Of a stretch of 64,000 nt of DNA, positions 27,775-43,722 are shown one piece after another. A program made the position numbers and the translations under genes. The notes beneath the pieces are model-generated. The model was not told the DNA's origin. It did not search any database and saw nothing but the letters and a program-made list of their open reading frames with translations. The number at the start of each line of letters is the position of its first letter. Position 1 is the first letter of the stretch. This DNA comes from Octopus vulgaris. Its lineage: Eukaryota. The DNA is taken from the NCBI GenBank assembly GCA_951406725.2, contig OX597822.1, forward strand, positions 64,728,001 through 64,792,000, given 5' to 3'.

Positions 27775-28905
27775 AAATAGGAAATCCTAGGTGGTTGGTG
27801 CGGAATATTGATTTTAGAATAATTAGTCTTGCTGGAACACATGTAACTGTAGTTTAACAAATCAACTATTCGATTTTTCTTCTATGTGTACAACATTAAT
27901 TACACAACATTTTATGGGTTTGCGCAGATGAGTTTGATAGGCGAAAAGGTTTGCGACAAAAAAAATAATATACTAGTATGCCAATCTTTATTAAATAAAT
28001 CTTAGTCATCGGGGCATCAGCAAGCATCTAAGGGTTACAAGCGTTTCACTGCCAGAGGGAGCAGTCAGGGTTGCTTTAGAAACTTTTCCTCAAAACCTGT
28101 GAAGAATATATATTTCTTTATTGCCCACAAGGGGCTAAATACAGAGGGGACAAACAAGGACAGACAAAGGGATAAAGTCGATTACATCGACCCCAGTGCG
28201 TAACTGGTACTTAATTTATCGACCCCGAAAGGATGAAAGGCAAAGTCGGACCTGTGAAGAATATAGTAACAAGTGACTCATCTTCGCTGCGCTAAATAAA
28301 TCACTCAAGCGTGGAAGGTGAAAATAAAATGTATATTTCCTCAACATGTACACTTCAAGGCGCGATCATCGATAGGAAGGTCACTTGAGTGAGATCTGAT
28401 TTTAAAAATGTAACGCATCATAATATTTGTTTCAAATTTTGACAGAACACCAGTAACATCGGGAGAGGGGTTAAGTCAATTAAATCGACACCCAGTGCTC
28501 AACTGGTACTTACTATATCGAACCCCGAAAGGATGAAAGGCAAAGTTGACCTCGGCGGAATTTGAACTCAGAATATAAGGACGAACAAAATGTCGCTAAG
28601 CATTCTGCCCGGCATGCTAACGATTCTGTTGACTTGCCACCTTTGCGGTATCCATAATATTACTCTTGAGACGAAAGTATAATTTTTCTTGTGAATAAAC
28701 TAAAATATGTTATGAAGATTTGGTGGCGAAAGTTATTAACGCGGCGGGAGATTTTCCGGAATTTATTCATAATTGTTATTGAGTAAATTCTACTTCTGAA
28801 AAATGGGTAACATGCCTCAGATTTGGAATAGACATACCTGAATTTGGTAACGCTGAGGTAGAAAGGATGTGCATGCGCACAAACATACATATATACATAA
28901 ATTCA

Positions 28906-28950
<45 letters not shown>

Positions 28951-29018
28951 CTCCTTCTGCCGAACCGCCATTTTCAGCGATAGTGTGGAGTAAGCACAAA
29001 CACACAAATACATACATG

Positions 29019-29056
<38 letters not shown>

Positions 29057-29094
29057 CATACATACACACACACACACACATATATATATATACA

Positions 29095-29165
<71 letters not shown>

Positions 29166-29433
29166 GACAGGGTTCTTTCAGTTTCCGTCTACCAAATCCA
29201 CTTACAAAGTTTTGGTTGGCTCGAGAATATAGTAGAAGACACTTGCCCAAGGTGCCACGTAGTGGGACTGAACCCGGAACCATGTGGTTAGGAAGCAAGC
29301 TTCTTATTACACAGCCACGCCTATGTATATTTGTATGTATTACGTGTGTTTGTATACATGAATGTGTATATTATGAATGTGAGGATGCATACACATCTAC
29401 ACCGATGCACAAACACACGCAAACATGCACATA

Positions 29434-29507
<74 letters not shown>

Positions 29508-29516
29508 CCTACCTAC

Positions 29517-29547
<31 letters not shown>

Positions 29548-29564
29548 ACTATCTCTCTATCTGT

Positions 29565-29624
<60 letters not shown>

Positions 29625-29782
29625 TCTCACACACAGACATACAGACGCATCTACACACACACACACACACGTATAAATACATATATATATATATATATAC
29701 ACATGCAAAAATACACACACACAAATATAAAAAGGAGCGCAAATATATGCTTATATACACCTGCACACATACACTCTCATAC

Positions 29783-29836
<54 letters not shown>

Positions 29837-30188
29837 ACACACACACAAATACACGCACGTGTGCACGTTAACACGACACATACTCTCTCAGACAAACACA
29901 CTAGTAAAGTACATGGCTCCAGAATCGCTATTTAGCATAATCTAAACACATTAAATTCCGAAAAATAATAAAAGTAACAAGTGGAAGTATTAATCTCTAA
30001 AATTAATCTCCGCTTAAATTTTAATTTGGTGTTTTTATTTAAGATGAAGAATAATTCATGCTTGCTTTGAATTAATACCATAATGGTAATTCTCTTCAAG
30101 AATGATTCCTAATGCCTACGTGCTTGAGCATTACGTGTATACATACAATGTATATGTATATGTGTGTGTGTGTGTGAGTATATATATA

Positions 30189-30266
<78 letters not shown>

Positions 30267-30468
30267 GTATGTATGTATTTATGTATGTATATACAACAGG
30301 TTTCTTCCAGTTTCCGCCTACGAGATCCACTCACAGGGCTTTAGTCAGCCCGAGGATATAGAAGACACACGCGCAAGGTGCCACGCAGTGGGACTGAACC
30401 CGTGCTTGTAGGCAGACGTTTGAAAAATACATACCCCTATGTATATATGTATGTGTGTATGCATGAGT

Positions 30469-30800
30469 GTGAAGGCGCATGCCTCAGTGGTTAGAGCATC
30501 GAGCTTCCGTTGAGTTGTAAGTTCGAAACTTGGACCAGGCTGTGTGTTGTGTTCTTGAGCAAGACACTTTATTTCATGTTGCTCCAGTTCACTCAGCTGT
30601 AGAAATGAGTTGCGATGTCACAGGTGCCAAACTGTATCGGCCCCTTTGCTTTTCCCTTGGATAACATCAGTGGTGTGGAGAGGGGAGGCTGGTATGCATG
30701 GGCGACTGCTGACCTTCCATAAACAACCTTGCCCGGACTTGTGCCTCGGAGGGTAACTTTCTAGGTGCAATCCCATGGTCAGTCATGACCGAATGGGCTC
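30469..30800 (+). mobile_element. Family C-type SINE
   Basis: Near-identical to 23710-24048. Confidence 0.85.
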
Positions 30801-30820
30801 TGTATGCATGCGTGTATATA

Positions 30821-31510
30821 CAGGTTGTGTAAGATATTTGAGGAGATATATTAATTTTACTATAGCAGAAAGTAAACAGAAGAAATGAAAGATGGCTATG
30901 CACAGACCTTAGGAAGTTCCAAGAGTAATGCATGGAAAATTTCCTGCAACTGTCAAGGTTTTGGGGGTTGTCAGCAATGAAGGACATATAGTTCCTCCTC
31001 ACTTCTTTCCACAAGGTCTATGAGTAAACTTTGCTGCCTACATAGATGTTCTGAATACAGCGGTTAAGCAATGGGTCGATAATGCACGCAACGAAAGACC
31101 TTATGTGTTTCAATAAAACTCGGCACCATCACACAAGGCTACAACAACGCAGGAATGGATAGCAGGAAATTTTCATAATCACATAACCCCCAAAGTTTGG
31201 CCTTCTAGCTCCCCAGGCCTCAATCCATTGTGCTACTGTGTATGGAGCGTAGTTGAGAAAGAATCCCTAAAAGCCTTCATAGAGTAGTGTCCAATATGAA
31301 CACAAACCACTTGATCCTAGCATGTACGGGATTCAGACCTGGCTTAGAAGCCGTTATTGAAACTGAAGGACACTTTATTGAATAAAATGACGAAACAATA
31401 TGTTTATTCTTATTCTCAAAACCTTTTTCAGTAAAAAAAAGCATTATTGTCTGTTTCTAAGAGTAATTTTTGTGTAAGTATATAACTGTCCTCAAATACC
31501 TTACGCACCC

Positions 31511-31512
<2 letters not shown>
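30821..31512 (+). mobile_element. maT (DD37D) transposon, internally deleted, pseudogenised
   Basis: TA-flanked TIRs CAGGTTGTGTAAGATATTTGAGGA / TCCTCAAATACCTTACGCACCCTG; translation VLGVVSNEGH...YVFQ*NSAPSHKA...WPSSSPGLNPLCYCVW, with 37 residues between the two degenerated catalytic D positions. Confidence 0.85.
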
Positions 31513-31542
<30 letters not shown>

Positions 31543-33024
31543 AGACCATGCCTTTCTTTTCCTAGGTTCATATTCTGACAGACCATGCCTTTCTTTTCCT
31601 AGGTTCATATCTCATTTGCAGACCAGTGAAAAACGAACCTCCTCTAACTACTCTGCCTATTTTTCTGTCAATGCCGTGTATGCCATAAGGCATCAAAAGA
31701 CATTTCAAGACCCACAAAGATCAAAACTTAAATGCTGTTCTTAGCGGTCTAAAGTCGATATGTATTTTATGTGTGTGTCTTTTCAAAACATTGTGTGGTT
31801 TAAAAAGCCACATCAAATGCCATGATAGATCTAAGGTGTAAGTACAAGAGGTGGTCAAACTCTGCATAAAGAGTAGACAACCACCGTATATATACGTGTA
31901 TGTGTGTGTGCGTGTGTGTGTGTGTGTCTTCGACTAGATCCTTCAAGGCAGCAGCCCAATGCTTGGAACAAGTATAAGACAAATAAAATATAGAAGATTC
32001 CTATTCAAATGTCCACAAGAAAATTTCTTACTCTCCGTTTTTGCCCCAAACCAGAAACTTTTCAGCACCCTCTCGTATGGATCGGTGTGATGTAATGCAC
32101 AGGTTGTTTAGTAACAGTGGAGGCACATAGTTAGAAGTTTGGATATTCAGCTCAGAGTCGAACAGTCGTAAGTTCTGTTACTTGCGGCGTGTTGTGTTTT
32201 TGAATAAGGCACTTTACTTCGCGTTGCTCCACTCCACACAGATGGCAAAAATACGTAATACTTGTATTTCAAAGGACCAGCTTCGTCATATTCTGTGTTA
32301 CGATGAATCTCCCTAACACCTATGTCAAAGGTACGCAGGTCTCATGAGTACTCGTCCACTTGCACGTTAATTTCAAGAGCAGGCTCTTCCGTTGATAGGA
32401 TCAACTAGAACTCCCGTCGTCGTAAAAAATGGAGTACCGGTTCAGTAATAGGTCTGATAAAACTGACCTATGATTAAAAGACATCCCAGCTAGGACCATC
32501 ACCTTTTTCTTCTGTTTTTCAGCCATAGGGTATTTATTATCATATAATTTAACGTGACCCTAGTTCCTAAAGAATTTAGAACCCGATTTGAGTGTGATTT
32601 CGCTTCTATTTCTAACATTCTTAGCATGCCTGTGACTCCGTTTACGAAATTTTAGACAGAATTTGAAGCGAGTTAATAGAAGTACTTAAGTACTCCACAT
32701 CTCCCCGACTATCATTACCAGTTTTGTATTACAAGGAACATTTACCGGAAATGGAGCTTGATTACTGATACAATTCATTGTGTAATACAAGTAGACGTAT
32801 CCAGTTCGAACATAAAATGAATGGAAGGCACGGAAATGTAATAATAACAATAATTTATTGGAACATCTAAGAAAATGTTTTTTTCGTCAAATAATCGTTT
32901 GTGTCATAGGCACAAGCTGGCCTTGGTGGGATTTCAGCGCAGAACGGAAGATCAAGTACAACTAACTAAAGGCATTTTCTTCGGTGTCCTAACAATTTTG
33001 ACAATCTTTTATTTATTTATATTT

Positions 33025-33390
33025 ATTCTTTCATTTGTTTCAGTCATTTGACTGCGACCATGCTGGAGCACCGCCTTTATTCGAACAAATCGACCTCAGG
33101 AATTATTCTTTGTAAGCCTGCTACTTATTCTACCGGACTATTTATGCGATGCGCTAAGTTACGGGGACGTAAACACACCAATATCGGTTGTCAAGTAATG
33201 ATGCAGAAACAAACACACACACATATATACATGACGGACTTGTTTCAGTTACCGTCTACTAAATCCATTCACAAGGCTTTGGTTGGCCGGAGATTATAGT
33301 AGAAGACACTTTCCCAAGGTGCCACGCAGTAGGAATGAACCCGGAACCATGTAATTGGGAAGCAAGATACTTACCTCACGGCCTCTCCTG
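33025..33390 (-). mobile_element. Family B SINE
   Basis: Reverse complement of the family B consensus. Confidence 0.8.
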
Positions 33391-34502
33391 AAATAAATAT
33401 CGGAGATGCATTGCCTCATGCAGAAGTTGCAAGAATCACTCAGAGATATTCCAAGTTCTGAATCTGTTGCAATGTCGGAAATCCTTTCATATCATCACAA
33501 CCGTTTCACTACTTAGCTTCGTACTTTTTGGCTTTGCCTGATTACGTTAGCAAGAACTGAATTAATCCTCACCTGCGGAAAGGTTCCATTTGCGGAAAGG
33601 CTCCTTGTGAACCACAGTCAGCCTGAGACGGTTACAGCTACCATATCTATCTCCTTGGTGGATTTCTTTAGGTGTTTATGTTCAGGAAACAGCCGACCGA
33701 TCCAGTTGGACAGCTGAGGCAACCGACTTTGATCGAAAACGAGGCCGCGTACCATCGCTTGGTAAATAGAAAAATTTCTTTTTTTTCTTCGTTATTCGCT
33801 TACTCAGTTTTTCTCTTTCAGTCATTCGTCAGTTATTCCTCTCCTTTCAATCTCTCTGTATTTCTCTATATCTCCCACTATTTCTTCAATCGTTTTTTTT
33901 TTAATTATCTCTTTTCGATTCTCAGGTTTAATGTCTCACCATTTTTTTCCTCGAGTCTTTGTGTTTCTTAATTATTTTATTTCTTCCATCCTTTTTCTAT
34001 AATCTGTATGGAATAAATAGAGAGGCAGAATACAGGGAAAAGATGAACACGACAAAAGGCACGAAAAAGAGTAACACTCACACACACACAAACACACACA
34101 CACACACACATAAACACACACACAAACACACATAAACACACACTCAAACATACACATACAAACACACACACATTCACGTAAATTCACATACACGCAAACA
34201 TACAAACACACAGATACACATACAAACACAAACACGCACAAATACACACACACAAACACACAAACTAACACACACACAAACACACACACAAACACGCACA
34301 AATACACACACACACACACAAATACACAAGCACATATACGCACAAACACACACACACAAACACACGACCACACACACAAACACATACTCACACACACACT
34401 CACACACACATACATACACGCGTTCACAGATATATAGATTGACAGTTAGGTAGGTAGAAAGCTTGATATATGAATAAGTAAATTTATTGTTAATAAGATA
34501 GC

Positions 34503-35030
34503 AGTGGTTGCGTGGTACGAAGCTTCCCTCCAAACCACATGGTTCCGAGTTCAGTCCCACTGCGTGGCAACTTAGGCAAGTGTCTTCTGCTATAGTCTCG
34601 GGCCGATTAAAGCCTTGTGAGTGGATCTGGTAGACGGAAACTGAAAGAAGCTCGTTGTATATATATGTATGTATATATTTGTGTCTGTGTTTGTCCCCCA
34701 CCATCACTTGACAAACGATGTTGGTGTGATGATGATGATGATGACGATGATAATGATGATGAAGACGACGATGATGATGATGATGACAACGACGAAGAAA
34801 TTTTCGATCAAAGTCGGTTGCCTCAGCTGTCCAATTGGATCTGTCGGCTGTTTCCTGAACATAAACACCTAAAGAAATCCACCAAGCAGTTCGGCAAAAG
34901 AGACCGATAAGATAAAGTAGTAAGCTTACAAAGAATAAATCCCGGGATCGATTTTGTTCGACTAAAGGCGGTGCTTCAGCATGGCCGCGGTCAAATGACT
35001 GAAACAAATAAAAGGAAAATAAAAGAAAAT
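34503..35030 (+). mobile_element. Family B SINE carrying a ~160-bp composite insertion
   Basis: Consensus is interrupted at 34728-34886. Confidence 0.85.
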
Positions 35031-35039
35031 ACAGAACGA

Positions 35040-35438
35040 GAAAGTGCGAAAGAGAGAGAGAGAGAGAGATAGGAAGAGAGGGAGAGAGAAAAAGTGAGAG
35101 AGAGAGAGAAAAGGAGAGAGAGGGAGAGAGACAAAGTGAGTGAGGGAGAAAAAGACAGAGAGAGAGAGTGAGAGAGAGAAAGAGAGAAAGAGAGAGAGAG
35201 TAAGAGAGAGAAAGAGAGAGCGAGTGAAAAGAGAGAGAGAGAGAAAGAGAGTGAGACAGAGACAGAGAGAGAAAGAAAGAGAGATAGTATGAGAGAGAAA
35301 AAGAGAGAGATAAAGAAAGCGAGACAGAGAGACAGAGACAGGGAGAAAGAGAGAGAGTAAGGGAGAGAAAGAGAGAGAGAGAGAGGAAGAGAGAGAGAAA
35401 GAGAGTGAGTAAGAGAGAGAGAAAGTGAGTGAGTGAAT

Positions 35439-35520
<82 letters not shown>

Positions 35521-36075
35521 TGACTTAGAGAGGAGAAAAATGAGAATAAATAATTCAGAAAAGTGAATTGAAAGGACAAGAAAGATTATTTAAAAATTAA
35601 AAAAAAACGAGAGAAGAAGAAGAGAAGAAATATATATATATTAGAGTAGAAGGAAGAGTAGAAGAAGAAGAAGAAGGAGAAGAAGAAGAAGAAGAAGAAG
35701 AAGAAGAAGAAGAAGAAGAAGAAGAAGAAGAAGAAGAAGAAGAAGAAGGACGAAAAGAGAAAGAAAAACAAACTAAATGTGGGTTCTTTGGCGTTAATTA
35801 GGAAGGACATGTCACTTAATTGAGATAATATATGTGAAATGCATTAAATCAACCAAGTCTTCAACCAGCGACATTATCGACGTCGTTGTTGTCAGCCATA
35901 GTCGTTGTTTTTTTGTTTCTTTTGTTTTTTGTTTTTCGTTTCAGTCGTCGTTGTCTTTGTCATCACCATCATCATCATCATCATCGTCGTTGTTATCATT
36001 ATCATCATCGTCGTCGTCTTCGTCGTCGTTATCGTCGTTTTCATCGTTGTTGTCATCTCATCATCATCAATCATC

Positions 36076-36134
<59 letters not shown>

Positions 36135-36406
36135 ACATCATCGTCGTCGTCTTCGTCGTTGTCATCATCATCATCATCGTCGTCTTCATCATCATTACCA
36201 TCGTCATCATCATCATCATCATCAATCATCACTCATCATCATCATCATTGTCGTCATCGTCTTTATCGTCGTTGTCATCTCATCATCATCACATTCATCA
36301 TCATCATGATCATCATCATGATCATCCTCATCCTCATCATCGTCGTCGTCGTTATCCTCGTCGTCGTCTTCTCATCATCATCAACATCATCTTATCATCA
36401 TCGTCG

Positions 36407-36460
<54 letters not shown>

Positions 36461-37034
36461 ACGTCGTCGCAGCCACTGGAGTAGCCCTCACCATTGCCAT
36501 TGCCATTGTCACCGCAGGAGTCGGCATCACTGTTGCCCCTCCGTTGCCGTCGACGACGCCACCATCGTCATCGTTACCATAGTCATCGCCACCGCCGCCG
36601 CCGCCACTATCTTCTTTCTCGTCATCGCCATCGCCTTCGCCGCCGCTGTTCTACCCCATCATTATCATCATTTCCTTTATTTTCCTTCAGTCTCATCTTC
36701 CTCCTCCGCATCATTATAATCCCCGTGATCTTTCTCCTCATCATATATCACTAATAACGCCACTGCAACCACCGCCACCACCACCACCACCACCACCACG
36801 ACCGCCGCCACCACCACCGCCACCTCCGCCGCCGCCGCCACCTCCGCCGCCGCCGCCGCCGCCACCACCACCACCGCCGCCACCACCACGACCGCCACCA
36901 CATACCACCACCACCACCACCACCACCACCACCACTACCACATGTAATGTTTATTGAATGACGGGAGTGCCACCTGGATTATGTCAAAATTTCATCTACA
37001 AGTCAATAAATACAATGCAACGACGATGAGGAAA

Positions 37035-37065
<31 letters not shown>

Positions 37066-38190
37066 ACAACACCCGCAGCAACAACAACAACAGCAGCAGC
37101 AGCAGCAGCAGTAGTAGCAGCAGTAGCAGAAGCAGCAGCAGTGGAGAGAACAGCAACAAGAACAAGAAGATGCTTCCAAGAATAGTAATAAGGATAATGA
37201 CCAAGTGGAAATAAGTAAGCTGTTGACATTGGTTGCGTTTGAAAGAGAATAAGAAAGGAAACTGGCTGGAAGCGTAATGGTGGAGGTGGTGGTTGTGGTG
37301 GAGGTGGTGGTGGTGGAGGTGGTGGTGATGGAGGTGGTGGTGGTGGAGGTGGAGGTGGAGGTGGTAGTGGCGGTACTGGTGGTGGTAGTGGTTGCAGTGT
37401 TGGTGTTGGTGGTGGTGGTGGAGGGGGAGAGGGAGGTTGTAGTGGCGGTACTGGTGGTGGTAGTGGTTGCAGTGTTGGTGTTGGTGGTAGTGGTGGAGGG
37501 GGAGGGGGAGGTGGTAGTGGCGGTACTGGTGGTGGTAGTGGTTGCAGTGTTGGTGTTGGTGGTGGTGGTTGGCGATGGTTGAAGCAGTGGTGGTAGTTGT
37601 GATGGGGTGGTGTGGGGTGGGGTGGGGGTGGTGAGAACGGTGATGTTTGTGGTGGTGGGGTGTGGGTGAGAATATCGGTGTTTGTGGTGGTGGTGGAGGT
37701 GGTGGGAGAATGGCGAGGGGAGTTGCGGAAGATGGTAATGATGCGGGTGGCGATGGAAGTGGTATTGGTGGCGTTGATCGTAGTGGCGTGGCTTGTGGGG
37801 GTGATAGTGGTTGCAGCAGTGGAGATAGTGTTGTGGTGCGGTGTTGGTAGTGGCCACGTTGGTGGCGGTGGTGGTATGAGGTGGCAGCGGTGATGGTGGT
37901 TATGAAAAGGTGTGGTGGGGACGATGGTGGCTGTAGCGGTGGAGGTGGCGTTAAGGTGCGGCGTTGTGGTGGCGTCGGTGCTGGTGGCTGCGGTGGTGGT
38001 AGTGAGAGTGGTGGCAGTAATAGCGTTAGTAGTGACGGTGATAGTGTTGGGTTTGGTGGTGCTGGTATGATGGTGGTTGTAGTGATTCGGTGGTGGTGAC
38101 GGTAATCGTAACGGTGGTGGCATTGGCGGTGGTGATGGAAGTGGTGGTGATAGTGGTTATGTCGTAGTTGTCGTGGTGGTGGTGATGGTG
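35040..38190. repeat. Large low-complexity block: (AG)n, (AAG)n, (CAT/CGT)n, (CCA)n, (CAG)n, (GGT)n
   Basis: Direct inspection; accounts for the 277-411 aa homopolymeric ORFs. Confidence 0.9.
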
Positions 38191-38438
38191 ACTGCAAACA
38201 TTTATTATTAAATTTACAAGGGAACAATTTTTCAAAAATTATTTAAAATTCCTTATTAAATTTATTTTCTTATTAAATTTACGGTGGAGCATTTAACAAC
38301 GTCATTATTCCATTAGTTATAATATTAAAAGCTGCTTTTTGTCTTCTTCGCAATATTTATTTCAGGAAACTAGCTTCGGAATTTCCCACCACCTATCGAT
38401 ATTTTTATTTTATTTTATTCTATTTCTATTTTTGTTAA

Positions 38439-38548
38439 TTATTCTTCTTCATATGACCTCATAGCTTGAACAGATCTTCCAGAGCGTAATCCGAAAGCAC
38501 TGGAGCGTGCCATTTTAATGATCCACGGACTGTTCGAGAATGTTTCCG
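38439..38548 (-). CDS. Candidate terminal coding exon, possibly of a neuropeptide precursor
   Basis: Branch-like CCTAAT + ctttctcttgatcccaacag acceptor; phase-1 exon xETFSNSPWIIKMARSSAFGLRSGRSVQAMRSYEEE*; followed by an AT-rich 3'UTR-like tract with several AATAAA. Confidence 0.45.
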
Positions 38549-38722
38549 CTGTTGGGATCAAGAGAAAGATTATTAGGCGAATATTTATGTTTCTTTCATA
38601 GAAGCCTGTAAATACAACGGTGTTATTCTCCCTACGCGATACACACCTAAACACACATGTATGTATATATATGTATATATGTATACTTATATATATGTGC
38701 ACATATATACATATACATAGAT

Positions 38723-38801
<79 letters not shown>

Positions 38802-39105
38802 TGTATGTATGTATGTATGTATGTATATATATCATTCGCACACACTATCGCACCATGCCTCAGTCTCGCCATATATGAATTTATATATATATGTATGTAT
38901 GTATATGTATATATACATTCTCTTTCTCTTTCTCTTTCTTTCTCACACGTACCGTATATGTGTATATATATATATATTTATATATATATGTGTATATATA
39001 TATATTTATATATATATTTATATATATATATATATGTATATATATACATATATTTATGCGCTTATTTTTATGTATGTATACATATTTCCGAGTAAGTTTA
39101 TCTTA

Positions 39106-39150
<45 letters not shown>

Positions 39151-39481
39151 GCGCGCATACATTATCCTTTGATATTACCATAGATAGATTAACTGATGCA
39201 CACAGGTAGATATATTTATTGCCAGAATAATCTATAACTGGTTTAGATTGGCAAAAATGAAGAGAAAAAGAGCGAGAGAGAGAGAGAGAGAGTGAAAGAG
39301 AGACGGAGAGAGAAAGGAAAGATATATATAGAGATAAATAGGGAGCTAGATTTATTGATGCGCATGTAGAAGCAATTCCATCTATAGTTTAATGTATGTC
39401 AGCATATGTGTGTGCTAACAGAAGACATTATCAAGGAGATACATTCTCCCACACACAGAGACTAACACACTCACAGACACA

Positions 39482-39527
<46 letters not shown>

Positions 39528-40472
39528 TGCACATATATATTTATATATAAACATACACCTCCACACTGATATATTTCAGAGAATATATAAATCGATGGAA
39601 AAAAACTATAGTAGATAACACGTTGAATTAAAAGACCATCGCCCTATATCTCACGATACAGATACCGAATTGAGCTATAGGCAGGTAAATATACCATAAA
39701 TACACACACACACACACACATATACACACATACATATATATATGTAGATATATATATATATTTGTATATACACACACACAAATACGAACACATACACATG
39801 CACGTCTTATAGGCACATTGCCATTTTGTTTGCAATTTCTATGGTAACGTAAGCAGTGGTCTCCATAATATATGTATCTCTCTCTCTCTCTCTCTCCCTC
39901 TATTTATCTATTTATCTAACTTGCTATCCTTGTAAACACGCATTTGGAACATAAATACAATTTGTAATCAAAAACGTGGAAAGTTGAGAAATAAAAATCG
40001 CAACGCATTAAAATATACATACGTACATGCATACACACACTCATACACATGCTGCCCCCCATCCCAGATATATATATATAACGCTGGGCGCTGTGTACAA
40101 TAATTCCTTTGCCCAGAATCCAATGTTTGAAACAGAATATTGTAACCTCAATCAATTGGAATTGCATTACATACTCTGATACAGTGAAAAAAAAAAGCAA
40201 AATTCAGCACAAAATGGTAAAACTCACCACAACACAAAAATCTATTGATATATTTCGAACGTACATAGTGCAAAAGGAAACATTTTGAAGTCCTGTTAAG
40301 TCTATTTGAATGCGCGTGGCCTAGTGGTTAGAGTGTAAGGCTCCTGATTGTTATATTAGGATTTCGCTACCTGGATTGTGTGGCATATCGTATCTTTGAG
40401 CCATGCACTTTTCCCATCGCATCAGGCTAGTCAGCCGGAAAGGAGTTTTGATAGGTGACTCACTTTGCGATG

Positions 40473-41592
<1,120 letters not shown>

Positions 41593-42032
41593 AGATCGAC
41601 CCAAATCTAATGCAATCCATTCCGTGCAATTTAATTGTTGGATCATAACATAGAAAGATATGGGACGCTCGGCACAGCTGTTGTAGCGCCACCTATTTTG
41701 GGATTGTAATGATGATGACAATGACGACGACGATGATGATGATGATGATGGTGATGATTAATTTCTTTCTATAATCCTGACTGCGCTGCCTTTAATTTTT
41801 CTGTAGTAATGTTTGTGAGACTCTTTATTTAACGCAACATATTTCTTTTCCTTCAAGTTTTCGTTCAGGTGGTCTCAGCGTTACGATTTCTGACGGTTTC
41901 CCAGCGAATCCTCCTTTCTTGTTCAAATGTTGGCATATTTTTTCTGAGGCGCTTCTCTCCCTGCTTCTCTCTCTCCTTCTCACTCTGTCTCGCTCTGTCT
42001 CTCACTCTATCATTGTGCCAGTCATGGGTCTG

Positions 42033-42117
<85 letters not shown>

Positions 42118-42180
42118 ATGTATGTATGTATGTATGTATCTGCGTGAAAATAGAAAAAGTGGGAGAGAAAGAGAGAGTAC

Positions 42181-42215
<35 letters not shown>

Positions 42216-43722
42216 TCATAGAAAGAGAGAGAGGGAGTGAGAGTGAGGATGAGAGGAAGAGAGAGCGGTAACATTAATTAGTGGATAAATTGACTGCCAT
42301 TTTATTCGGGAGTTTCTCAGATGAATACCGAAATCCATTCTTGACTACACTTTATCGATCTAGTTCTCAGCCAATTATATCTGATCGCGTTTCTTTCACA
42401 ACTTGTCTTATATCCTTTCATCATCTTTATTAGTAGAACATCAATTTTATCAGTTCCCCTAACCTCACATACTCACACACAGGGAAACACGAACAAACCT
42501 ACAAGTACAAACACTCTCTCTCCCCCTTTGTCTGTCTGTCTGTCTGTCTGTCTCTGGATATTATAATTAAGCAGATGATAGTAGGTAGAGTGGCAAATTT
42601 AGTAACGCATTACACGTGCAATATTTAGCTACGCTTCTTTATGCTGGGTGTTGAAATCCGACAGTTGTAGATTACATTTCTCTGCCGTCCTCCGAGATCG
42701 ATAAAGTAAGTAATTGCAAAATATTGGTTTTGAGATAATTGACTATATTCTATCGATTTTTAAAAAAATTTCAAACTTTGTGTCTATTTTAAATAACGTA
42801 AAGATTAAATGATGCTTGATGTGGTGTTGTATTTCAGTAAGTCACTGGATGCGTGAATATACGCACTTTTACCGTCTTCTCTGGTATGCTTACGCTTACA
42901 CACAATCCTCTCCTCTCTCGTAAACTCATACACATACACATATAAGTATACACAAATAAAAGGAACTCTGTACGTTCTGTATACTTCATTATGATAAACT
43001 ATCTGATGGCATCCAAAGGAACTAGAACAACACGGGACTCATAGATAAGTTCAAATCAAGTTACAATCATCGTATGAACTAGTTTAGAACTAGGAACAGT
43101 GAAATTTCTACTTATCTGTTCGGATATATCTGACAGTCTAGGAAACAAGAATGCAACGTCCAACTATGAATATGAATGTATTTGAATGACCTACTCCGTA
43201 CAAGAACGGATCACCTCAGTGCAGACCTCGATTATCTGAAAAATTCTAGATACTGTAACAGCGTGCAAAATCTTTGAATAGAATATCACTCGAAAGTAGC
43301 GAGATTTGTGCAGATCTTCAGTCGAGCGATTTAGTGTTTGTAAGCGGACGAAGTGAAACGACATTGGAACACATACGTCATGCGGTGCATTGATGTTATT
43401 CACTGTCCACTTCGCGTTTCACACTCGATGAAGTGGAGAATTTTCTTCAAGGACCATCTCCGCAGCGGAAGGTTTTCTTACTTCCGAGTTCACTCATTTT
43501 CTATCTCTCTCTCTCTCTCTCTCTCTGTATATATATATATATAATTATAAATATAATTAAGGGTTTAGCAAAAAGTTGCTTCACAACATACCGAAAATTT
43601 AGAAATAGCAGCCAAAGACAGCTAATTCTTTTAACTACAAATATGACTCCACAGACAACAATATTTGTAACTCACATAGGCAAAAAGAAGAAAAGATAAC
43701 GAAATCAAACAGTCCACGATTA

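Noticed and set aside
35834-38227. Long Pro/His/Thr/Ser-rich ORFs resembling extensin or mucin
   Set aside because: They are open in several frames on both strands because trinucleotide repeats lack stops.
41683-41702. CTCF-like motif AGCGCCACCTA
   Set aside because: Partial match at a single site; not supportable from sequence alone.
43000-43400. Possible Ingi/Vingi LINE remnant; also an RTE-like trace at 47760-47920
   Set aside because: Too degraded to assign by eye.
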